From Hydrurus foetidus (lineage: Eukaryota): 64,000 bases of DNA. The notes under the pieces were generated by a model that had not been told where the DNA came from, made no database searches, and was given only the letters and a program-made list of their open reading frames with translations. Positions 15,001 through 25,510 of the stretch are shown here, piece after piece. The stretch is from positions 1 to 64,000 of the forward strand of contig UYFQ01000229.1 of NCBI GenBank assembly GCA_900617105.1, written 5' to 3'. Numbering within the stretch: the stretch's first letter is position 1; each line of letters begins with the position of its first letter. Made by a program: the position numbers and the translations under genes.

Positions 15001-15533
15001 AGACTACCGTATAGATAGGATGCGTCTCGGGACGCGTCCAATCTATACGGATAACGAATATAATGTATTCACGCGGTGTTTTGAATACAGAATACGAATA
15101 TAAATGTATTCACGCGGTGTTTTGAATTACAGAATACAATAATTATATATTTATTACAATTCACACAGACAACCGTATAGATTGGATGCGTCCCGGGACG
15201 CGTCTATCTATAACGATATACTCACGCGATCTATACGGATAACGAATATAATGTATTCACGCGGTGTTTTGAAGTACAGAATACAATAATTATATCAATT
15301 TCTGTATTCATACAGAATACAATTCGTACACACTACCGTATAGATAGGATGCGTCCCGGGACGCTATCCATGTGTAAATTCTATAACCGAATATTAGTAT
15401 TCCCGATTATCGTGATAACGAATATAATGTATTCACGCGGTGTTTTGAAGTACAGAATACAATAATTATATCAATTTCTGTATTCATACAGTATACAATT
15501 CGTACACAGACAACCGTATAGATTGAATGCGTC
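9097..15533. repeat. Tandem array of roughly 35-40 units of 143 bp or 183 bp, each with a 44-bp hairpin
   Basis: Unit starts at 9097, 9240 and 9383 (143 bp) and at 9669 then 9852 (183 bp, with a 40-bp internal duplication). Core CCGTATAGATAGGATGCGTC-TCGG-GACGCGTCCTATCTATACGG. Units become irregular after about 13900. Confidence 0.97.
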
Positions 15534-17276
15534 ACGTAAGTGGTGAAATGCACAGTTACACCTCAGCCAAGAATAGAAGGTGACAGTATGACAGCATCCA
15601 TATTGTGATCATGAAGTATTACCTGATAATTTACAGATTGCCGAATAGTGACTATATGTCAATGGATATTCAACCTGGTCCGGGTTATTTGTATCGTCAT
15701 GGACTTTTTATCTACCGTGTTATAGTATGTTTTCGGCACGAATTATTGTTGGTTAGAGATGGTTTGATTTGTGCTAACGCGGGTAAATGCATGTGGACGA
15801 AACATATGCATATATGGTGGAAACATGCCGTTTCGATTAACACACCTTATATCCGGTATGTGTCAGTTTTCGGTTTCTGTGAATTTGTTGTTTTTCAAAT
15901 TCTATACAATGTTAGTATCATCCGAAGAAAGCAAGGAACTACTTGGTGCTATTACAATTTCTTATATATTTACAATTTGTATTGTGTAAAATTTTTGATC
16001 TGATAAACATTTATTCTGGTCTATACTCCTTGTCTAAATGATAACGACTAAAAGTTACGTCGATATCCATGGCGTTCTTTGAATGTTCCTTTCGATAAAG
16101 TATGGTTGAATGTTATATGTTTTAGTCTATGAGTTTGTGTTCACGGTATCGCAACGTACAGAAAACATTGTTATGCATACGCACCAAACCTTCAGCAAAT
16201 GTGCACTAAGTGGCTGGAATAGCTCGGTGCAACTCACCTATATAAGTTCTGGAAAGAATACGCAGTGTCTTCTATGTCACCAGCTGCTTTGTTCTTGGGT
16301 CATTTGTCTTGACTTCTCAGCTTTTTGTAAAAGCTTGCTGGATTCCCTGGAGATACATGAATGAGGCATAGAACAGATCACCTTTATGGAATGCTCAGAT
16401 GGTGTGTAATGAGAAGCGTCTCATAAGTGTTTGATACATATTCAATCACGATAGACTATAACAGTACCTTGCGTGGTATGTAACTCGTACCTCAACGTGA
16501 GACGAATAGGCACCGGCGCTGTTCGAATGATTGCTAATGTTGATGGTCGAAGTATTAGTTAGTTGGTGTGCTAATCAAATGTCAGTGACAAATTCAATTC
16601 TCACCGTGCATGTCCACCCTGATTCGGTGGTTGCGTTGATGAGATGAGTGCGTCTGCTCAGAGAGTGAGAATATATAATGAGTTAGGAATCTGAAGTTTA
16701 AAATTGATAAAGTCTTTGCGATGCTATCCTATTCATCTGCGTAATCGAAACGAACCTATGTGGCGTCAGAGTTGCGCTTGCCATTCGTCTACATGTTGCG
16801 GCGGACACCTATTGTCCGTCCTGTATAAAAGTTTTACAGTTGGTTAGCATCGATTGTCCTGTGTTGCGTAAGTTCCATAAGTTGTCGCATCATATAAGTC
16901 AGAGTTCATACCTTCCGAATGTGTTGCACGGTGCAAGTTACCTCTTATCCTATATGGATGTCGAATATTTCCTGTGGGTGGTGATGATCGGTTATTTCCG
17001 ATCGGTTTTTATTCACATGTAATGATTCTCCAACGTGGAAGGTCAGAGCACGTATCTCTGTTGTTCCTCCACGCGGTATCCCATTGTCCGTGACATATAT
17101 GCCTTTCGGGAATCCGAATGCTTCATTCTGAGAGTGGAGTGGCTCTACTATGAAGTTGTACCGCTGGCTTCTACGATGGGTTGTTGGATGTTGCAGATTG
17201 TTCGCATGTCTAGTGGCTTTTAGATTGCGTGATTGATTAGAGGATACGGTGATGTGAGTTTACAGACTGTCAGACA

Positions 17277-17432
17277 TCCGTATAGATAGGATGCGTCTCG
17301 GGACGCGTCCTATCTATACGGATAACGTATATAATGTATTCACGCGGTGTTTTGAAGTACAGAATACAATAATTATATCAATTTCTGTATTCATACAGAA
17401 TACAATTCGTTCACAGACTACCGCATAGATAC
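17277..17432. repeat. Single isolated copy of the array unit
   Basis: Same hairpin and TACAGAATACAATAATT sequence as the array. More degenerate ATGCGTCC motifs continue to about 18340. Confidence 0.9.
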
Positions 17433-18470
17433 GATGGGTCCTACGATGATACGAATAAACCGTGAACGATGAACGCGTCCTTATTATCGAAGCGTCCCGA
17501 AGAATTAATAGTCACTTCTATTTGTTTAGGTGGTACACTTTGTTGAGGTGTGATACTATTCCGTACAGCTCTCAGCTGGAAGCTTTGGAGGCAGAAACTC
17601 TCCTTGCTAGACCATACTGTATGACTCCGTACTACGCACTATATCAGATCTCCTTCTGTTTGTCCCTTAAGATCCGATTCCGAGACTTTTTATTCCTCCC
17701 GAAGGATTGGTGTAGTCTACTCGACCCCAAAACGCACTAAGTTTGGGAGAATCGAACCCTCTACTGTTGTGAAAGGTGGGTGCAGGCAACCGCTGCCCGA
17801 CCACTCGTGCAACAGCTGTTTCCGATATCGTGCGAAGAAGTGTCAAATTTAAATGTAACATTATAAATGTGCATTTAAAATGGTACACTTTGATGCACAT
17901 TTATAATGTGACACTTAAGTGTATTTAAATGTAACATTTAAATGTACATTAAGTATTAAGTGTACTGTCAGCAATAAATAAAGTGTATAATTAAATGTTT
18001 TCAAATTATTGGGCCCACTTAAATGTGCATTAACTGATTATACAAGCCTGGTCCCGACTCCATATTTGGATTCGAATACCGTATACGAAAGTAACATTCA
18101 CATACTAAACCGTATACGCATGCCTGCGTCCTTGTTATCCAATGCGTCCCGAAGAATCATATATTATGTATACCGTATACAAAGCGTCCTGAATTCTGGA
18201 AAAGTCTAAGATCCACGAACACAACCGTATAACATGCACCCCATTAAGAGCATGCGTCCTTCATGGTAGGATGCGTCCTGAAAAAGTCTTAGATCCACGA
18301 CTACAATCGTATAACATGCATGCGTCCCGAATAATAGAATGCGCCCCGACGTCACCACCGGATAATTAATCCCCCATACGGTAGCGCGACAGAGCTGCCC
18401 CACCACAATACCTATAGGCGAACGCAGGGTTTTACTGGCTTTTTAGAATCCACTGGATTGACCAATCCAG

Positions 18471-18797
18471 AGTTGGGGATTCTCTGACTCCGGATGGTTC
18501 GCGACTCGACGTGAAGTGACCGGTGACCCAAGGCTCGTAAGATAGACTTGATTGTGTAATTACTTGATAATTAAACTTGTGCACCGTCATCAATCAAGAC
18601 GGCAACGAAGCTATTACATATCAAGAGAATTGCACATTACTATCCATGTTGAAGATAGTTGAACGGATGGCTCCACGATCCCCCACACATCCAACGGTCT
18701 CGACTCGCACCCCCAGGGTGCACGCCGCTGACCGTCGAGATCCATGCAACATATACTATACAACTACTACAGTGCATTTTCCCCGGATACTCCAACA
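18471..18797 (-). repeat. 3' LTR of copia copy B
   Basis: Near-identical to the reconstructed 5' LTR. Differences seen are the terminal base and GATCCCCCA versus GAGCCCA. Confidence 0.93.
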
Positions 18798-18874
18798 CAC
18801 CCAACAGGCACGTATTAGTTGAGCATTGAGGCACGCATAGGATTTCATGTCAGCAATAAATAAATATGAATCGG

Positions 18875-18947
18875 TTTGCACGCAGCAATGAATGTGAAAT
18901 GATTTGCACGCAGCAATGAATGTGAATTGATTTGCACGCAGCAATGA
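18875..18947. repeat. 28-bp tandem repeat (about 2.6 copies) in the copia B 3' UTR
   Basis: TTTGCACGCAGCAATGA starts at 18875, 18903 and 18931. Confidence 0.85.
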
Positions 18948-18994
18948 CTAGTCTAAGTATCCCCTCGGCGCGCCTCGCCTCTCACTCGCACCCA

Positions 18995-21900
18995 TTACAT
19001 CTTCGTGCACTCGCTCGTCCACCCCGTGAGACTGTCTCTCTCTCTCAGGAACTGGGACCCCTGCAACGGCTTCGTCAGTACGTTCGCGTACATATCCTCG
19101 CTGCGTAAGTACTCTACCCTCACTTCGCCCGTATCGACTCTCTCCTTCACCCAGAAGTACCTGATTTGGATGTGGCGTGTGCGCTCTGCACAAGACCTCC
19201 CACGCTCCACTAGCGCCATGCATGACTGGTTATCTTGGTAGATGGTTACGGGTCCCATCTTATATCCTTGTGCCACCAGGAATGTCCTGATGTATATGCT
19301 CTGGTTGGCCGAGTCGGACAGCCCGACCAACTCCGCCTCCGTACTGGACTTGGTCACGATGAGCTGCTTCGAGGATCTGCAGTGCACAGCACCCACATCT
19401 CCAATCACTACGCAGCTGCCCGTGTGTGAACGCCCGTCGCTGTGGACCCCATAGGATGCATCCACAAATAATCTGACTGAGATCCCATCCGCACCCGGCA
19501 TGAGTACCACGCCGCTGTCCCTGGTCGTGTGGATATACCTGATCAGCCTTTGGAGCTTCTCTACGTCGTCCGCTGTGCACTTATTGACTCGCGTTGCCAG
19601 GTAGGCTACTGACACGAGACACTCCGGTTTGGTGCGTTTCGCAAGGTACAACACCATTGCGACCACCTTGTGGAACCACACTCTCACAGGCTCACTCGCC
19701 GTCACTGCGTCCTCGCGTGTCTCGAATAGGCCTTCCGTCGCGGGCGACCTCGCACTCCCATGCACTCCTGACACCTTCACGATCTCGTCTGCATATCCCT
19801 TCGTGGTGATCATCGCCTTACCTGGTGTAGTCATGTCGATTGCCATACCAAGGTAGTTGATAATAGGTCCATGTGATAATGTGATCATACCGTACCTCTC
19901 ACGTAGTCCGTTTACTAAGTGCGTCATGGTGCACTTACTCTTGCTCATGATCAGTAGATCATCGACATGAATAGCTACGGTGCACTGGTGCCCGTCCGAC
20001 CCCACTCGGTTGAATACACACTTGTCGCACACGTTCCTCACATACCCAAGCGACAACATGGTAGCATGCAAGTTCTCGTACCAGAGCCCTGAACTCTCTA
20101 CGCAACCATACAAAGCTTTCTTGAGATGCACTATCACCCCTCCGCGTGCATCGACGTACTTACTGTATCTCGCATCGATGTCTATGATGATCTCAGTCAT
20201 AGTCTGATCGAGATGCATGTGCACCGGCACTCCCAGCGTCATGTCGGCATTCAGGTATGCCCCGCTAATATCTACCACAGCCACGTGGCGCTTCTCGTGC
20301 GCAGCAACAGCTAGTAGAGTGAACACCGCACTGGTTGAAACGGTTGGTGAGGATAGATCCTCATACAGTCCCTTATCCTGCTGGTCACCCCCAGCTACTA
20401 GCCTGGCCTTGAGTTTCAGGAAGCTGCCGTCAGGGTTGTTCTTACGCTTCAAGAACATAGATGACCGGATTGTCGCTGAGCGCTGCATCGCTGTCAACTT
20501 CCCTCCCATGACAGGCACCCACACTCTCTTGTCCAGCATCTGCTTCAATTCCGAGACTATTACTTTCCTCGCTTCCTCACCCCTAGTGCGGAATGCTTCC
20601 TTGACGCTGATGTTGGCTGTATCGCTCTTACTCATCTCAGCTCTGTGGCGCTTTAGCACCTCATCCACACTGTGAATTGACACAGTCTGGCTCATTTGTC
20701 TCGCTACTGTACTCCGGTTTGCTGTCACGAATGCTCCTTCCCCTGTGCGAAAGAACTCGATCACCCTAGGTGATGCTGATGCTGCCTGTGGTTCTGTCAG
20801 TGCCGCCAGTGGTGGTACTGGTTGTACTGTCGCCTCGTTGCCCAGCGCGGGTAATTCCCGTTGGGGTAACAGTACGGGTGTGGGTACGTCCGCAGGAGAG
20901 AGTGCAGAGGAAGGTTGAGGTGCAATATTCGTAGAGTCGTCGCTGGGATCTGGTCCTAAGATTTGAGTTTCTCTCTCAGATGGTTGTGCTTCCTCCCCCC
21001 CCCCACTTCAGATTATAGGGCCTCATAGATGATGTCTGCTGCAGGAAGGTCAGCTAGTGTCGGTGGCTGGAGGTTGACCTGTTGATTTATCCTTGCTGCT
21101 TTGTCGACAATTGCATCCTGAGTGAGGGGGGTGGTAATGAAATGTGTCGACACTATGTCCAAACAGCATTTCATCAAATACATGCACGCTAGTACGGGTA
21201 ATTTTCTTCCCTTCTCGCACTGCCATAGCATTCAGCGTCTGGATGACCGACTGTGGCATAGGCAGTATCTTGAATTGATTCCTCGTGACGATCTTGCCGC
21301 TGGTGAGTGATAGCATCTTGAATGAGCCAGTCCTGTTGTGGGTAGGGAGCATGACAATACAATCTTCAGTGCGAGAAGACATAGTGTTGTCGGTTTTCGC
21401 AACTGTACAAACGGCATAATCCCCGAACGCCGCCCGGAAGTCCAAGTTCCCGTCAACCCTCCGTCCGGAAAACAATTCTCGCGGCGAAATACCCCCCGGC
21501 CGTGAGCCTGACTGCTGGCAGTTGATACGTGATACGCAATATAGAGCTAGATAAGTATTACCAAGGTCGCTTAAAGTGAATGGGAGTCTACCGCAAATGT
21601 GTACCCGTGCTCTCTCTTTGACCACTTGAATTCTGCGTTCGATTCTAGCAACATGCCCACCTGCTGCGCTAATATCCACCTCGATACCGAGGGCCATCAA
21701 ATCGAGACGCATTTTCCCGATAGCTCCTTCACCGTCAGACATGATCAAATGCACCAAGAAGTTCCTAGATTTGAGTACACATACCATCTCATCTAGAGCC
21801 GGCTTTACTATCGCAGCAGCACGCGAGGGTTTGCCTGTGTCGAGCCGAATTAGGCTCACAGCGAGGGTGAGATCCAGAGGGGTGGAAACTGCCACAAGTA

Positions 21901-23782
21901 TTGCTGTGGTGTCCAAATACATAATGTCCACACTCAAAACTTGCTCCTGTTGTGCTTTTGCAGGTGTCAGTGCAATGTCGGCTACGGGCGATGATTTCTT
22001 ATGTGTTTTGCCACGGAGGCTTGCCAAACATTTTCCCCAGATGGTGTGAGCATTCCTGAAATCTGCTTCGGAGACGCTGAAGTTGTTCCCCCCGCGGATC
22101 ATTGCGATCGCCATCTCAACGGGGGGGTATCCCATTCGAGCCAGCGGCTCCTTTGCCTTCGCTGCCGATGCTACCTCGCGCTTTGTGAACATCGCCATGT
22201 TGCTTCCCACGGTTGCAACCATGGCCTGCTCGATCGGCTGAGTTGGTCTCGCCATCGCTCCGACGTCGCACACATAGAACCTCCCATTGGATCCAGGTAC
22301 GTCTTGTCGGCTGAAGCTGTAAACTGTCTGACTTCCCGCTGGCTGCAGAGTGAATTTCCCTGCGTCGTGATTGTAGCTGATATCGGCTCCCCTGTCGACC
22401 ATCGCTGCGAAGGATAATATGTTGGCCGTTGCTCCCTTGCTATAGTAGACTGGCCCGACTTCCCCGAAATCCCCTTCCATGTCCACTTTGACTGCCTCTG
22501 CCTCGAGTTGAACTCCATTTAGCAATATCTCACGCTTCGATCTCCGGATATCCGTGAGAAGGTTCGGATTGCAGAAGACATTCACCGACGCCTGGTTGTC
22601 CAACAACACATGGCTTCGAGTGAATAGCACGACTTCGTCGACGGTGATGAAAGCCGCTTCGACGCTCCTGTCGTCTTCATCTTGATCTTCTTCTGTTCCT
22701 GTGAAGAGCGCCTGCTCTCCTGATTTGCGATTCTCGCAATCTCGCGCGTAGTGACCTGTTTCGCCGCACACGAAACAAGTCACTGACGACGATTTCTTCT
22801 TCGCTGCGGCGTCCTTGACTCGACTCTTCTTTCCAGGGACTTTTTCCTTCGTTGGCATGGCGGAGTCCGTCAGAAACGCGGAATGTTGCTCCAGGCCGAG
22901 GGGGACTCCACCGTTTGAATTGGTCCATGACGATACGACCCTGTAGGCCCCGGCTAAGGTGGAAGGGTAACTGTTCGGTAGGTTTTGTACAGCACTGTTA
23001 CGCATAACGGTCAACAAACAGGTATACCTTTTCGGGTCTAACTTACTCAGGAAATCAATTGCCCTAATCGACTCCTCTACTTCGGTCATACCAACACCTC
23101 TGTTGGCTAGTACCTGGTTGTCGAAACGCGTCTTGAAATCACCTATCACCTCGCGGTCACCCTGCCTGAGGTAGTTGTACCTCAGGGTTTGCTCGTGAAT
23201 GTTCACTGCTCGCATTGAATCATCTTCTCCGTAGATGTGCGTTCGGTGACTTCTTCTAATGTACTCCCACAGTTTTACGCTGTCGAGAGATAGGCGACAC
23301 GCCTCAAATCCTGGCTCTTCGCGCACCTTGGACCTCGACCCTGTCGACATCCTCGACCACATGAGAGGCCAGAGCTTTTGCTCATTGACTTTTTGGAGTT
23401 CGATTGCCCTGCGGCGGCTCTCGAACGCATTGGCACGCAGCTTGTCAATGAGTGCCTCCGAGTACACTACAGGAGGCTGTTCGGGTAGGGGCGGTCCGTC
23501 CTCTTCCTCGTCGTCTTCGAGGTTTTCGGATCCGGCCTCCTCTTCCTCCCCGTCTTCATTTTCGATACCCACCGTCGGAATGGTGGGGTTGAAGTCCTCC
23601 TCACGAGGATACGGATGGACGTGACTCTGGTTAGTGCTGAAGAACATGCCAGTCATGCCGTAAAGACCGCATGCTTCGTCCTGCATCTCCTCCCTCCACT
23701 GCACCACGTTGTTGTGACGTCCGATCTTCAGCATGCACGGCTCTGCTGCTGGTTTGGGTTCTGCTTGTTTCTTTGGCGGCAT
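18995..23782 (-). CDS. Copia B gag-pol (ORFs 21050-23782 and 18995-20764, frame disrupted in the IN-RT linker)
   Basis: CFVCGETGHYARDC, LLDNQAS, SVDIM/SDGEG, KARLVAGG, IHVDD, DASY...TEAE...QDN. Confidence 0.93.
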
Positions 23783-23807
23783 CTCGATGCGCTGCTTAGT
23801 TTAATTA

Positions 23808-24089
23808 TGTTGGGGATTCTCTGACTCCGGATGGTTCGCGACTCGACGTGAAGTGACCGGTGACCCAAGGCTCGTAAGATAGACTTGATTGTGTAATTAC
23901 TTGATAATTAAACTTGTGCACCGTCATCAATCAAGACGGCAACGAAGCTATTACATATCAAGAGAATTGCACATTACTATCCATGTTGAAGATAGTTGAA
24001 CGGATGGCTCCACGAGCCCACACATCCAACGGTCTCGACTCGCACCCCCAGGGTGCACGCCGCTGACCGTCGAGATCCATGCAACATAT
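23808..24089 (-). repeat. 5' LTR of copia B, main part (the rest is at 39924-39970)
   Basis: Matches the 3' LTR from 18471 up to GCAACATAT, where the Sola insertion begins. Confidence 0.93.
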
Positions 24090-24396
24090 GAAGACGTCTC
24101 GCTGGGCCCGGGCCCACAGAGCCGTTTTGAATTAATTAATTAATTTTCGAATTTTTGGTGGGCCCAGGCCCATGGCGTGGATCGCGTCGCCAACAGCATC
24201 GATGATCACTCATACGTGCCGTTCTCCACACTTCACTTCATCTTCCAGAGTCCTGAGCGACTCATATTAAAACCATCGTTTTGGGATTTCACCTTTTTTC
24301 CTCTTCGATTCCCAAACAGCTTTGACTGCCGGAACAAATTTCGTGAGGAAATTCGCGCTACCTACTCTGCGATTTGGGATTTTTCGTAGATACCAC

Positions 24397-24872
24397 CTGT
24401 CGGATCAACGAGCGCTGATTGTCCGCACCGTTTGCTCGAGGTATCATTAGTCGCCGACATCATAATGCCTGATTTGACGCCTTCCTATGATCACTGAGTA
24501 ATTAAACGCTGGCAAATTTCAAAACAGGTAGCGAATTTGGAGTTTCGTCTCTGGAATCTGAAATTCTTTGTTGGGAACAGCTGTCGGATCTCAGAGCAAC
24601 GAGCGCTGATTGTCCGCACCGTTTGCTCGAGGTATCATTAGTCGCCGACATCATAATGCCTGATTTGATGCCTTCCTATGACTCACTGAGTAATTAAACG
24701 CTGGCAAATTTCAAAACAGGTAGCGAATTTGGAGTTTCGTCTCTGGAAGGGAATAGCTGTCGGATCTCAGAGCAACGAGCGCTGATTGTCCGCACCGTTT
24801 GCTCGAGGTATCATTAGTCGCCGACATCATAATGCCTGATTTGACGCCTTCCTATGATCACTGAGTAATTAA
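24397..24872 (+). repeat. Sola subterminal tandem repeat of about 180 bp; the third copy is split by Kolobok and resumes at 29720, with a diverged fourth copy near 29775-29850
   Basis: CTGTCGGATC...AACGAGCGCTGATTGTCCGCACCG starts at about 24397, 24581 and 24757. Confidence 0.9.
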
Positions 24873-25510
24873 AGATGCGTATCTTTTGTTGACAAAACGA
24901 AATACGGATTTGGTACACCCCTCGAAAATAATTGTCGAGTTCACTTCTCAAAATCACAATCATCAACCACTACTTGAATACACAGCACATTCAAAACTGA
25001 TCGTCAAGGACTCTCGAGCATACCGCTGTGACCACAAGGTTACAATCAGTCCAGATCCCATTGGAAACCTAGGAAAAGCTCAAGCCTAATTTTTTATCGC
25101 CAGAAATAACAAAATCCACATTTTGGATGAGACGTTCTACAACATCAGCTGCCGAATCTCACAGGTTGCTGCTGCGCTCATTCTGAGTGATACAGTACTT
25201 TGTTTCGTACAGATTCTAACAGTATCAATGTTGTCCCGTCCTTATTCTGATCTAAATCTCTCCTATAATTTAGTGGTAGAGTGAGACCTTGCATCTGTCT
25301 GACCAAATGGTGGTATGACTAAAAGGAAGCAATATGCTTTTGATGATCCACAATCTCATTGACTTCAGACCAATCAAAGAGGGATTATGGATTAATCACT
25401 TGAAGGTTACCTCAATCGACGACTCGTCAACATCTCTTGTCTTTGGTAGATTCTAGAATTTGGGTTGGGCATTTCCATGTTGCTGATTTTATACATTAAG
25501 GAGTAGCGAA

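Noticed and set aside
9097..15533. CRISPR-like array of palindromic repeats
   Set aside because: The sequence between hairpins is itself repeated, so there are no unique spacers. There are no cas genes and the context is eukaryotic.
17541..17814. Possible solo LTR (TGTTG...CAACA)
   Set aside because: No matching TSD (CACTT versus GCTGT) and no second copy in the window.
17859..17908. 16-bp inverted repeat CATTATAAATGTGCAT in an AT-rich patch
   Set aside because: Low-complexity context with no TSD or other element hallmark.
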